A DNA stretch of 64,000 nt from the IMG/VR virus record IMGVR_UViG_3300017963_000235, positions 1 through 64,000 of that record; one strand, 5' to 3'. This stretch comes from a virus. Positions 35,588-45,599 of this stretch are shown here, piece by piece. Under the pieces are notes generated by a model. The model ran no database searches. It saw only the letters and a list, made by a program, of their open reading frames with translations, and had not been told where the DNA came from. Each line of letters begins with the position of its first letter. Position 1 is the first letter of the stretch. A program made the position numbers and the translations under genes.

Positions 35588-35799
35588 TTAATAACTGGTT
35601 TACTGGGCTTGCATCTGCGGGCGACCTTTTGCACCTCAAATTATCGGTGTGTTATACTCAGCATGGAGGATCGGGATTAAACATCACATACCGAGACCTT
35701 GACTCTATGACAGTAGAGCGGGTTAAGGAAATTAAAGAATGGCTGGATAAACGCCGAAAGGCGGAAGCCGAAGCCATTAAAAAAGCGCAACGAGGTTAG
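35533..35799 (+). CDS. -1 frameshift extension of the tail assembly chaperone
   Basis: Slippery T-TTT-TTT 35533-35539; -1 frame open for 86 codons to TAG 35797-35799, ending 3 nt before the tape measure start. Confidence 0.8.
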   Translation, partial: FFYALTESEEEKPEDLRVVNNWFTGLASAGDLLHLKLSVCYTQHGGSGLNITYRDLDSMTVERVKEIKEWLDKRRKAEAEAIKKAQRG

Positions 35800-35802
35800 A
35801 CT

Positions 35803-38388
35803 GTGGCTGTTAACTCTTGGGACTTCGGATTTAACTTTGTTGCTAAGAACTCCGTAACTCCTACCGTAACTAAAATCAATCAGGGGATGGACAAGCTAAC
35901 GAAGACGACTGATAAAGGATCTGACTCGTTAGATAAGTTTTTCTTTGCTTGGAATAGTGGGATGTCCCTGTTTAGAACGGGTATGGGGATCATCAATAAG
36001 TTAGCCATCCCGGTGCAGGAGTTTGCAGAGTTTGAACACGCTATAGCAGCGGTAGGGGCTATCTCACAATCTTCTGCGGAGGATCTTAAGAAACTAGAAG
36101 CGGCTGCATTAGAGGCGGGGTTAAAGACTCAATTCAGCCCCACGGAGGCAGCTCAGGGGTTACAGGTGCTTGCCTCTGCTGGTTTAGATGCTGAGGATAG
36201 CATAAAGACCCTCCTACCCGTCTTGGACCTCGCAGCGGCTTCTATGGGAGAACTGGGAACTCCTGAAGCGGCATCGGCTATCATTGGTACATTAAAGAGT
36301 TTTGGAAAGGGGATGGATGAAGCCGCTGGGGTTACTGACAGGTTAATGAAGATAACCACCATGACCAATTTCAGAACCAGAGACTTTGGGGCTGGTCTAT
36401 CCAAGGCGGCTGCTAATGCGGGCACATTTGGGTTCTCGCTAAACGATACTCTAATTACTATGGGTCTCTTAAGGAATACAGGAGAACAGGCTACTAGAGC
36501 TAGCACAGCCTTAGGGGAGGCTATGCGCAGATTAGCCACGGATGGATCGGCCCTTAATAAAATGAATAAACAGGGCATTAGTGTTTACGATAAACAAACT
36601 GGGGCTATACGGCCTTTCCTGGACATCATGAATGATATGGTTGTAGCGACAGCCGACATGACTCAGAAACAGCGAAACCAGTTCGTAGAGAGTACATTAG
36701 GGGCTCGTGGTTTGAAAGTTTTTAATGCGGTGGCTAAGGGGTCCTTCAAGACGATGAAAGATGGTCAGAAGGTTATGGCATCTGGCGCAGAGATGATAGC
36801 CGCTATGCGTGGTGAATTGGATCAGGCTACCGGTACTACAGAGAATTTCCGTAAGAGGATGCAAGACACTGTTAAAGGTCAATTAATCTTACTCAAGGGA
36901 TCTTGGCAGACTCTAAAAATTCTTATTGGTAAATCCATTGGGGAGGCGTTTAGACCTATAGTCGAGATAGCAATTAAGGCAATCAACGGGGTGATATCCT
37001 TATTCACTACTATGCCTGGGCCTATTAGGGTTGTAGTAGGTCTGATAACCAAATTCATAGCTGTAATGTCAGTACTAGTCGCGGGGATGATTGCTTATAA
37101 GGGGGCCGCTATTGCCGTCAAAGCAGTAAATACTCTACTGGCATCCTCGTTTATGGGACTGAACATCTCTCTTGGACCTTTACTCTGGGGTGTGGCCGCT
37201 GTAGTGGCGGCAATATTAGCGCTTAAATTAGCCTACGATAAAAATTTCTTAGGATTTAGGGACGGTTTAGATTCCTTTATCAAAGGTTTTAAAGAGGGTT
37301 TTAAAGTTCTGGGTCTGATTATAGATGTATTTGTGGCGGGTTTAACTAAGGTTGGTGAGATGTTATCTCCGTTAATTAATCTTTGGAATAGCTTATGGGG
37401 ATCCGTGAATGATGTAGGAGACGGGGCCGGTTTAACTATGATGGAGAAAATCGGAAAGGTAGTGGGAATCACTACAGGTATATTAGCTGCTTTTATTGCA
37501 ATATCGTTAGCCACTAAGACGGCTATGATAGCGTTAAAGGTTGGGGCTATGATATTTAAAGGGGCTAGTCTAATTATGGCCGGGGCTAACGCTATATTAA
37601 CTACATCCTTCACTGTTCTATCAGTGCCGTTATTGCCGTTAATAGCGGCTATAGCTGCGGTTGCTGCGGCGTTTCTATTATTAAAAAGAGCGTATGATAC
37701 TAATTTCCTGGGGTTTGCGGATGGTTTAAGATCTTTCTTAACATGGGTTGGGGACGCTTTCGGAACAATGGTAGATGTTGTTACCGAAAGTATACACACT
37801 CTACTCATCCCCTTTAAAGTAGTATTTGGTGGGATTAAAACCATAGTTGTTGGCACAATGAACGTCATTAGTACGGTTGTGGATTTTGTTGTTGGTGGAA
37901 TTCGGAAAAATATAGAGCGAATATACGGATGGATTAAAGCCGCCATTGATAAAGCTATGTGGGCTAAAAACAAAGTTAAGTCATTATTGGGGAGAGGTAA
38001 AAGTGCTGTAAAGAAAGCGGTTGGATCTATTAGGGAATCTCTTCTTGGGCCTACTAAAGTAATTGGAGTGGGTCCGGATGTGTTTTCACCCGAATTGATA
38101 AAGACCATAGCAAAAGAGGAAACGGCAGAAATGCCAACCCCAGAAAAGTTGCAGAAGGACGAGAAGGGAGCAATTGCTAAATCAGAGGAGCAGTCCATAG
38201 CCGCTCAGATACAACGCCCCATACCCCGCGAAGGAGAAGGGGATAGGATCATAGAAAAGAGAGAAGTAGAAGCCACCACCAATCTTATATTAGATTCCAA
38301 GGTAATCGCGCAGGTGGTGCAGCAGTATAATGATAGAAATTTCGAGAATAAACTTACTACGACTATTCCTGTAGCGGGAACCAGTTAG
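35803..38388 (+). CDS. tail tape measure protein (TP901 family core)
   Basis: FEHAIAAVGAIS, TQFSPTEAA.GL..LA.AG, VLDLAAA; hydrophobic repeats. Confidence 0.93.
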   Translation: MAVNSWDFGFNFVAKNSVTPTVTKINQGMDKLTKTTDKGSDSLDKFFFAWNSGMSLFRTGMGIINKLAIPVQEFAEFEHAIAAVGAISQSSAEDLKKLEAAALEAGLKTQFSPTEAAQGLQVLASAGLDAEDSIKTLLPVLDLAAASMGELGTPEAASAIIGTLKSFGKGMDEAAGVTDRLMKITTMTNFRTRDFGAGLSKAAANAGTFGFSLNDTLITMGLLRNTGEQATRASTALGEAMRRLATDGSALNKMNKQGISVYDKQTGAIRPFLDIMNDMVVATADMTQKQRNQFVESTLGARGLKVFNAVAKGSFKTMKDGQKVMASGAEMIAAMRGELDQATGTTENFRKRMQDTVKGQLILLKGSWQTLKILIGKSIGEAFRPIVEIAIKAINGVISLFTTMPGPIRVVVGLITKFIAVMSVLVAGMIAYKGAAIAVKAVNTLLASSFMGLNISLGPLLWGVAAVVAAILALKLAYDKNFLGFRDGLDSFIKGFKEGFKVLGLIIDVFVAGLTKVGEMLSPLINLWNSLWGSVNDVGDGAGLTMMEKIGKVVGITTGILAAFIAISLATKTAMIALKVGAMIFKGASLIMAGANAILTTSFTVLSVPLLPLIAAIAAVAAAFLLLKRAYDTNFLGFADGLRSFLTWVGDAFGTMVDVVTESIHTLLIPFKVVFGGIKTIVVGTMNVISTVVDFVVGGIRKNIERIYGWIKAAIDKAMWAKNKVKSLLGRGKSAVKKAVGSIRESLLGPTKVIGVGPDVFSPELIKTIAKEETAEMPTPEKLQKDEKGAIAKSEEQSIAAQIQRPIPREGEGDRIIEKREVEATTNLILDSKVIAQVVQQYNDRNFENKLTTTIPVAGTS

Positions 38389-38396
38389 GGGGGTCT

Positions 38397-38933
38397 ATGA
38401 ATATATTTGGTCAAGATCCTGTACCTGCGTACATTAAGAATTTACATAATGGGGAATTAAAGGGATTTCTAGTTAATCCAGCAGAACTAGGATCTAGTAT
38501 ATCCGCCGTATATAAACCGCGAGACTTGTTAGGTATGCCTAATGTTCCTTTGGATTATGAAAAAACAAATAATCAAACATTCAGATTCAATCTCATATTC
38601 TCCGCAACTATGATACAGACTGAGGGAAGGGTATCTAGGAAAGAAGCGGTAGAAGCGATCTCTGATTGGAGGGCCTTTTTAACATCTTTAATGGCCCCTA
38701 TCGAAACCCCGCATAAAAACTGGAGGGGCGGAGAGCCTCCTAAGATATGGTTCTACTGGCCTAACATCGCATCTTTGGAGGGGAGGTTAGTGAGGGTTAA
38801 CTGGAGAAGCACTCTATTTGATCTAGATTTAAACTCTACTTTTGAGGTGGCCCAGATAAGTATTTCTTCAGATCAGAAGTATCCGATTTGGTCTGAGGAG
38901 ATTAGACTATTAGGTTGGGAGGTTCAGGTATGA
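38397..38933 (+). CDS. tail tube initiator / CIS-tube-like baseplate protein
   Basis: FLVNPAEL, EPPKIWFYWP; position after tape measure. Confidence 0.7.
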   Translation: MNIFGQDPVPAYIKNLHNGELKGFLVNPAELGSSISAVYKPRDLLGMPNVPLDYEKTNNQTFRFNLIFSATMIQTEGRVSRKEAVEAISDWRAFLTSLMAPIETPHKNWRGGEPPKIWFYWPNIASLEGRLVRVNWRSTLFDLDLNSTFEVAQISISSDQKYPIWSEEIRLLGWEVQV

Positions 38934-39268
38934 GTACTCGCTATGATGATGCTTATATTATTAAAGACATAAATGGGAATGATATTGTAGTTCCTCGGGC
39001 CTTCTTTCGTTACAAAGAAATAGACGATAATATAATTCACATAGCGAAAGATAACGAATCATTATGGGAGATAGCGACTCAATATTATAGTGATGTTCTT
39101 CAGAATCCATCATTACACTATTGGATTATTGCGGACTATCAGCCCGAGCCTATCTTGGATCCTACACAAACAATGGTGCAGGGTAGAACGATTTACGTAC
39201 CTAGCATTAGAACTATAGAGACACTAATCAATAATCCAGATAGAGATCCAGAATATGAGAGGTTCTGA
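38930..39268 (+). CDS. LysM-like baseplate protein (tail X-like)
   Basis: ESLWEIATQYY...YWIIADY...DP...GRTIYVP. Confidence 0.8.
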   Translation: MSTRYDDAYIIKDINGNDIVVPRAFFRYKEIDDNIIHIAKDNESLWEIATQYYSDVLQNPSLHYWIIADYQPEPILDPTQTMVQGRTIYVPSIRTIETLINNPDRDPEYERF

Positions 39269-40542
39269 TGAGCGTCGTTATAGATATTCGTCCATTAGAT
39301 CCGAAAGATACGGAATTTACGGAACAAATACGTAGCAGGGTACAGTCTTTAACCTTTGACGACACGGATGATGGAGTTGATGTTCTTAAGCTTGTTTTGG
39401 AGAATACCGATAGAGCGTTATCCAATTCCAAGAAAGTGATAGCGGGTAAGGGGATCATTATTTCATGGGGTGAGTCTGGAAATATGGTGCCATCCAGGGA
39501 GATAACATTCACTAGGGTTAAGAGCTCGGGCACCTCGTTAATCTATGAGGGTAAAGGGAAGTTGTTCAATAGCGATCTTAAACCTACGTATCGACGGTGG
39601 GACGCTGTAGAGGTTACTGAGTTAGTTCGTAAGGTAGCCAGAGAAATGGGGTTTAATAATCCTGATATTTCTGGACTAGAGACCGAGTTTGTAATTAAAC
39701 AACAAAACACCACTAACTCCAGGTTTCTTGCGAAGTTGGCTAGAGAGTTTGGCGTGGCATTCTGGATAGATAATCGTAATTTTCATTTCAAATCTAGAGA
39801 TATAACGACCCCTACCCGTCTTAGGTTAGTGTACAGAGGTGTAGAAAATGGGGCTGGATTCGGTCGTATCATTGGAGAACCCGATATAGATTTCGAATAT
39901 ACTCGTAGAAAACCTTCGATTGTGACGAATAGAACTACTCCTAAGGTTGTTGCTCCTGGGGTTCGGGTTGAGTTTAAGAAAGCCCCGGATGGGACTACAG
40001 TACCGGTGATCATACGAACGGGAGCGCAGACAAGCGAAAAACAGACAGTATCTGGATCATCATCTAAAGCAGCGTATGCAGAGAAAAGAAATCTACCGGC
40101 TAAACATGAGGATAGGCGCTATATTGCTAAGGCGATGTTCCATAAAGGATCGCCTCAATGGCAAAATAAAAGCAGGGATAAACAGACGGGCACAATACCC
40201 ATTCATGGGGACGCTACGTTATATCCTGGAGACACTATTGAACTATATAATTACGGGGAGATTAACGAAGGTAAATGGTATGTGCGTAATATAAAACACG
40301 AGGTTAGTCGGTCTCAGTTCACACAGAAACTTGGAGTTAGCCGCACATCTGGTAAGAAAAAAATAGCGGGAAACGTAAAGGGTAAAACGGTAAAACGTGG
40401 TAATGGTATCCTTAAGAGATGGCTTAACATAGGAATTGACATAGGCAAAGAAGTCATTAAGGACGAGTTGAAAAGTCGTACGTTATCCAAGGGACAATAC
40501 GGGAAATCAAAAACCGTCTATAAAAAGAAGAGAAGGCAATGA
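39268..40542 (+). CDS. baseplate hub protein (late control D / gp27-like)
   Basis: QQNTTNSRFLAKLAREFG, GDATLYPGDTI, GKWYVRNIKH. Confidence 0.85.
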   Translation: MSVVIDIRPLDPKDTEFTEQIRSRVQSLTFDDTDDGVDVLKLVLENTDRALSNSKKVIAGKGIIISWGESGNMVPSREITFTRVKSSGTSLIYEGKGKLFNSDLKPTYRRWDAVEVTELVRKVAREMGFNNPDISGLETEFVIKQQNTTNSRFLAKLAREFGVAFWIDNRNFHFKSRDITTPTRLRLVYRGVENGAGFGRIIGEPDIDFEYTRRKPSIVTNRTTPKVVAPGVRVEFKKAPDGTTVPVIIRTGAQTSEKQTVSGSSSKAAYAEKRNLPAKHEDRRYIAKAMFHKGSPQWQNKSRDKQTGTIPIHGDATLYPGDTIELYNYGEINEGKWYVRNIKHEVSRSQFTQKLGVSRTSGKKKIAGNVKGKTVKRGNGILKRWLNIGIDIGKEVIKDELKSRTLSKGQYGKSKTVYKKKRRQ

Positions 40543-41084
40543 CATTAGATCAAAAGTACTATGGCATTTACCGAGGGATCGTTACGGGTGTATTGGACCC
40601 CGATAAGGCGCAACGAGTTAGAGTATCGATAGCGGGAATGACGGAACCTGATTCTGTATGGGCGTCCCCTAAGGGTCTCTTTGGGGCCGCATTTGGTTTA
40701 GGAATTGTTGGTGTTCCTCCCGAGGGATCCGAAGTTTACGTACAATTTGAGGCGGGCAACTTGGAATCGCCAATCTATGAGCCTATAGGAATACCTGCTA
40801 ATGAGATACCAGAAGAGTTACGGGGTAAGCCGAATGTATGGGGTTTTCTATTTGGGGATATTCGTATGATTTTCGAATTAACGGGAGATCAAAAGGGTAA
40901 AATACGGTTGTATTCTAAAACATTGGAAGATTACAATTACATAGAGTTAAATGCAGAGGATAATTCCATATCCCTAAATTCATTAACAACTTTAAACATA
41001 GACGCTAAAGGATTAGTAGCGATTAACGGAGCGGTTGTTACTATCCAAAATAGACCTGTAACCCCTGCCGGAAAGGACATCTAA
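40539..41084 (+). CDS. baseplate spike protein (gpV / gp5 OB-fold)
   Basis: YYGIYRGIV...DPDKAQRVRV, WASP, PPEGSEVYVQFEAGN. Confidence 0.9.
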   Translation: MTLDQKYYGIYRGIVTGVLDPDKAQRVRVSIAGMTEPDSVWASPKGLFGAAFGLGIVGVPPEGSEVYVQFEAGNLESPIYEPIGIPANEIPEELRGKPNVWGFLFGDIRMIFELTGDQKGKIRLYSKTLEDYNYIELNAEDNSISLNSLTTLNIDAKGLVAINGAVVTIQNRPVTPAGKDI

Positions 41085-41713
41085 TGGCTGTTACTATTGT
41101 ATTTCCCGGGGGTGTGTCGGTAGAGTTTTCCGGGCTAGATACCAGAGAAGCCTATTACAGAACTATGAATACCCTATCAATAGCTATGAGCCCGTTCAAA
41201 TTGGTTCTGGACATTGTAGATTTATTCTTGGAACTCCAGAGAGTGCTGGAAGAGGTTACAGGTATTGTAACCGATCCTTCTGATTTTCTAGAAGCACTAC
41301 AAAAGTTAGTCAGAAAAATAAGTTTGATCGGTCAGTATATTCCTCAAGCATCAGTACCTGTAATGATTAATGGGATATTGAATACTGCTATATTATTGCT
41401 AGACCTGCTAGATGAGCAATTGGATATTATAGAATCCGTAGAGATTAAAATCGATGAGTTAGATGCTGTTATTGATTTAGATCCGGAAGGTCTTGCTCCT
41501 GTTAAGGTAGTCCTGGAGACGCAACAAGCAGATCAGCAAGAGGAATTTGAATCTATGGTAGACCCGCTTAATGCACTACTAGAACTGGTTAATTTCTTCC
41601 TGTCTATAATCAGGGTCTCCTATACATTCCCTGTAATAAGCGGGGGATCTGTCGAGGAATTACGTGCGGCAATTGACACATTAAGGAATTTCTTACAAGA
41701 TGTAACATACTAG
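41084..41713 (+). CDS. helical hypothetical baseplate-region protein
   Basis: Coupled ORF between spike and wedge genes. Confidence 0.6.
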   Translation: MAVTIVFPGGVSVEFSGLDTREAYYRTMNTLSIAMSPFKLVLDIVDLFLELQRVLEEVTGIVTDPSDFLEALQKLVRKISLIGQYIPQASVPVMINGILNTAILLLDLLDEQLDIIESVEIKIDELDAVIDLDPEGLAPVKVVLETQQADQQEEFESMVDPLNALLELVNFFLSIIRVSYTFPVISGGSVEELRAAIDTLRNFLQDVTY

Positions 41714-41721
41714 GAGGTTCC

Positions 41722-42105
41722 ATGAGTATCGGTATTACATCCCCTTTACGGTTAGCTAAATCGGGTGATTTCCAAACAGAGTCTGAAGCTGCGTTGGTTG
41801 ATGCGTCCATAAGGCAAACTGTAATGACACGGAGCAGTGGAGAGGGGATATACGGAGAGATGCCTTGGAATCCCGCTTTTGGAACTTTAGTACAGACATT
41901 AAAACATCACAAACAGGATCTAGATTTAGTGCAGGCAGAGGCGGTTAGGATGACATCTAACGGAGTTTCCAGATATGTCCCTGATGCGATTATTACAGAT
42001 GTTCAGGTGTCCGACATTAAAAAAGATCAAGGTCGTCTGTTGGAGTTGAAAGTCACTCGAAAATACAGAGAAACAATAAAGTCACTAAAAATGGGACTCG
42101 TATAA
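41722..42105 (+). CDS. baseplate wedge / sheath initiator (GPW/gp25 family)
   Basis: SIRQTVMT...GEMPWNPAFGT. Confidence 0.85.
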   Translation: MSIGITSPLRLAKSGDFQTESEAALVDASIRQTVMTRSSGEGIYGEMPWNPAFGTLVQTLKHHKQDLDLVQAEAVRMTSNGVSRYVPDAIITDVQVSDIKKDQGRLLELKVTRKYRETIKSLKMGLV

Positions 42106-43596
42106 ATGGTCACTACATTAGCATCTACAATCTATACTGATAAAGATTTTTTAGCATTACAAACCCGTTTACGCGGTTTGATGCAATCTATTTTTCCAGA
42201 GTGGCCTATTAACGACTCAGGCAACTACGGAAATATATTGTTGGATTTATTTGCGTATGTTGGGGATGTTAATAATTTCTATAATGACACAAACTTTCAA
42301 GAGTCCTCTGTTAAAACGGCCCAATTACTCCAGACATTATTAGATAAAGCTTTTGGCTTAGATGTTATTTTACCCCTTCAAGAAGCGGCCTTAGTGGATG
42401 AAGAATTTACCATAACAAACCCCAGGGATGTTAATGTACTTATCCCAAAGGGTTCTATTGTAGAGACCACAGGAGAGGATATTGTATCCTTCCAAACCCT
42501 GACCGATCAGATTCTGCTAGCGGGGGCTACAACGATAACCATATCCATGGAGAATTCATCTACACAGACAGAGACCGTGTACCCCTCTGGAGAAGGTTTC
42601 TGGACTGTTTGGTTGAGTTATGAATCATTCCTTAGAATAGTGTCTATTACTGATGAGCTTGGTAATTTGTGGACGGAACAACCCACGTTAGTTAACTCAG
42701 GATCAACAGATAGGCATTTCACAGTTACAGTTAACTCAGCCGGTAACGCGCAGTTACGCTTTGGTAATGGGGTGTTGGGTAAGGTCCCAGATACGCCCCT
42801 AGTTGTCATCTACACCACCGGAGGGGGTTCGGCGGGTAATGTTGTTGAGAATACTCTAAGATCGTTGCAAACAGATATTGTGGATGAGAACGGGGAGAGC
42901 GTAGCGTTTGAGGTGAATAATCCTGCGGAGGCCTCTGGGGGTAATGATCGTATTTCGGTGGAGGAGGCGAGACAACTGATTCCCGACAGCTTTAGAGCTC
43001 AAAAAAGATCTGTTGGCGAGGGGGATACCGAAGCGCACGCTTTGTTAGTTCCTGGGGTTGCTCGTGCTATCTCCATCACTAGCGATCAGGATCCTGCCAT
43101 GGAAGAGGCACTTAAGCATGTGCGGATAGTTCCGGAGGGTGGGGGCCTCCCATCTCAGGCGTTAAAGGATGCTGTATTAGAGCAGGTTACTGTTACATAT
43201 CCTCAGACATCGAACATATTTGTTTTTATATTTGATCCTATCTATAAGAGTGTAGATATTGTGGCGAAGGTATTTCGTAATGAAGGGTATACAACTGCGG
43301 AGACAGGCACACTTATCCGGTCGGATTTAACCACATTCTTTGCTCTTAATAGGCCCGATGGAGAACCGAATACCGGAATTCAATTTGGGGGTCAATATCG
43401 CAATTCTCAGGGGTCGATAGATCCTTATCTACCCTTTAGTGATGTGTATAATGTTATTCGTGATAATAAATCAGCGAGGAAATTAGGCACAGTAACTTTG
43501 AATAATAACACTACAGATGTGTTTCTTTTGTATGGAGAGTTTCCTGTTTTAGGTTCGGTAACTCTTATTGACGGTGATACAGGGGAAATTTTCTAA
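42106..43596 (+). CDS. baseplate wedge protein (J / T4 gp6-like)
   Basis: YTDKDF..L, FAYVGD...FY.D, LRFGNGVLGKVP, YTTGGG.AGNV, ASGG.D. Confidence 0.9.
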   Translation: MVTTLASTIYTDKDFLALQTRLRGLMQSIFPEWPINDSGNYGNILLDLFAYVGDVNNFYNDTNFQESSVKTAQLLQTLLDKAFGLDVILPLQEAALVDEEFTITNPRDVNVLIPKGSIVETTGEDIVSFQTLTDQILLAGATTITISMENSSTQTETVYPSGEGFWTVWLSYESFLRIVSITDELGNLWTEQPTLVNSGSTDRHFTVTVNSAGNAQLRFGNGVLGKVPDTPLVVIYTTGGGSAGNVVENTLRSLQTDIVDENGESVAFEVNNPAEASGGNDRISVEEARQLIPDSFRAQKRSVGEGDTEAHALLVPGVARAISITSDQDPAMEEALKHVRIVPEGGGLPSQALKDAVLEQVTVTYPQTSNIFVFIFDPIYKSVDIVAKVFRNEGYTTAETGTLIRSDLTTFFALNRPDGEPNTGIQFGGQYRNSQGSIDPYLPFSDVYNVIRDNKSARKLGTVTLNNNTTDVFLLYGEFPVLGSVTLIDGDTGEIF

Positions 43597-43609
43597 AAGG
43601 TAAGACGAT

Positions 43610-43924
43610 ATGTCAGCAAAAGTGAATCACGGACAAGCACAAGCATTGAATTCAGCAGGCGATGATACTTCTACATCCATGAGATGTGAAGGGGCCGATT
43701 TGGGGGGCGTGGGTGTTACAGCTTCTTCAGGTGGGTCTATTAAAGTTGAAGGATCTTTAGAGAAAGCATCGGGAGAGGATTGGTTTGAGGCCGTGGCGGC
43801 TACTGCGGTGGCGGCAGGGGATTATGTTCCTATCCCAAACATAGGAGTATTTCATAATTTCAGAGTAGTATGCACAGCAGGGACTGCAACGGTTAGATTA
43901 GCCACAATGGATAAAGATAGATGA
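43610..43924 (+). CDS. small beta-sandwich structural protein
   Basis: IKVEGSL...DWF...FRVV pattern; structural operon. Confidence 0.55.
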   Translation: MSAKVNHGQAQALNSAGDDTSTSMRCEGADLGGVGVTASSGGSIKVEGSLEKASGEDWFEAVAATAVAAGDYVPIPNIGVFHNFRVVCTAGTATVRLATMDKDR

Positions 43925-44361
43925 CAGTAGAAAACGGATCGTTTGAAATCAAAGGAGTCACAGAGGATGTAGCATTTGAGTGGGTTATAACCTCGGGTAG
44001 TGATAGTTCCTTTGTCGGATTTGGAGACGCCAATGAATTTTGGGATTCATTTGGATGGGGCGACCTATTATATGAGTTGGATTTAAGCACATCTATTTGG
44101 CTGTTTTTTAACGGATATACAGAACTGTTTGAGGAATTTGCGTGGGGCGGGGATTATATCGAGGATTGGGATAGCAGTTGGATTACATCCGTTTTTGATA
44201 CTTTTGATTGGTCAGTGTTTAATGAGACTTGGGTTCCGGGGTCAACTACAGGTGCGGATACTTTTGATTGGTCAACATTTAACGATGCTTGGGTTCCTGG
44301 AGATACCGCTCTATTTAATGGCGGAGCAGATATGTACGAAAGTTTCGAGACTGGATGGTAA
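43921..44361 (+). CDS. acidic Trp/Phe-rich protein with internal tandem repeat
   Basis: DTFDWSxFNxxWVPG twice at a 60-bp period (about 44197 and 44257). Confidence 0.65.
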   Translation: MTVENGSFEIKGVTEDVAFEWVITSGSDSSFVGFGDANEFWDSFGWGDLLYELDLSTSIWLFFNGYTELFEEFAWGGDYIEDWDSSWITSVFDTFDWSVFNETWVPGSTTGADTFDWSTFNDAWVPGDTALFNGGADMYESFETGW

Positions 44362-44840
44362 TTATGGTAAGCTCTACTATAGCACAAGTTGTTTTAGCCA
44401 TTGCTGGTGCGGTTGCAACGGGAGTTGTTGGCGTTATAGTTTTTCGCTATAAGCGAGGCGTAACCAAAGAAGATATAGAAAGCGGTAGGGAAGAAGATCG
44501 TCTAAAGGATCTTGAAAAAAAAATCGAGGTGATTCCAGCATTAACACAAAAGTTGACTAACCTTGAAAAAACAATTCCAAATTTAGTTAAGAAGACAGAT
44601 TTAGACGTATTACAAAAAGAGATACAGTCTGGATTTATCAAGCTTAATGGGGCCGTAGAAGAGATTCGAGAGGATTCAGAATCGTTTGTTGGTGAAATTC
44701 CTGACAAATATCAGACTAAAGAAATGTGTCAGCAAAATGTTAAGGCTATGTTGAGTACAGTAAAACGTACCGAAGATGATGTAAAATATGTGCGTGGTAG
44801 AATAGATACTCTTGCTGATCATTTAATGGAGAAGAAATAA
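44355..44840 (+). CDS. membrane-anchored coiled-coil protein
   Basis: N-terminal TM helix, then heptads. Confidence 0.6.
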   Translation: MVIMVSSTIAQVVLAIAGAVATGVVGVIVFRYKRGVTKEDIESGREEDRLKDLEKKIEVIPALTQKLTNLEKTIPNLVKKTDLDVLQKEIQSGFIKLNGAVEEIREDSESFVGEIPDKYQTKEMCQQNVKAMLSTVKRTEDDVKYVRGRIDTLADHLMEKK

Positions 44841-45598
44841 TGTCACGAAGTGATTGGGCTATAATGACAGGATCAACTGATGGTACTGGCTGGGGTGGTA
44901 CTACCATTTTACGTAATGCAACTTTTGGAAACCCAAACCCACCTCCGGGCGGGGGTAATGCTTTATTCGCCTTTAATTCTGTGGAGCCTATTGTCGGTTC
45001 TGTTGGGGTATACACTGCGGTATCTGGTTTCAATCCTCTCCCTAAGGGGGGTCAAATAACCGGAGTAGTCCAGAGAGGCACATCGGGAGGTAATACCGGA
45101 TTTTCTGTGGCCCTGGTTCTTGGGGCCTCCGGATCTAATGTAGGGGATAAAGCGTATTTATTAGGACTAGAGGATCAAACTCCTGGGCGTATTGTTCTCG
45201 CTAAAGGTCCCGTTAGTGGTGGTATACCGAACAACAATAATCAACCTGCTACTAAAATACTCAGAACCAGCCAAAGAACGGTTGCCCAAAATGAATATGT
45301 ACATCTCAGAATGGATATGATTGTACAAGATTCTGGGGATGTTGTTATTAAGTGTTATGAGAATGATCTCAATGCGCATCCGTTAGACAATCCCGGATCG
45401 TGGGTATGGGTTCCTATCCCCTTTGATGATGGTTTCTCTGGTGAGTTTGGGGATGGTGAATTTATTGATGATGTAGTAGGGGTTAATAGTGGATCTGTTC
45501 CGCTCACATCCGGTTTTGCTGGGTTTGGGTTCGAGTGTTCCGAGACCGCTAGGAGGGCTTACGTAGATCACATAAGCATCGTAGCACAAGGTAATTAA
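44840..45598 (+). CDS. beta-sandwich (ConA-like) virion protein
   Basis: Gly-rich beta composition, YVHLRMD...SGFAGF...YVDHI. Confidence 0.55.
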   Translation: MSRSDWAIMTGSTDGTGWGGTTILRNATFGNPNPPPGGGNALFAFNSVEPIVGSVGVYTAVSGFNPLPKGGQITGVVQRGTSGGNTGFSVALVLGASGSNVGDKAYLLGLEDQTPGRIVLAKGPVSGGIPNNNNQPATKILRTSQRTVAQNEYVHLRMDMIVQDSGDVVIKCYENDLNAHPLDNPGSWVWVPIPFDDGFSGEFGDGEFIDDVVGVNSGSVPLTSGFAGFGFECSETARRAYVDHISIVAQGN

Positions 45599-45599
45599 C

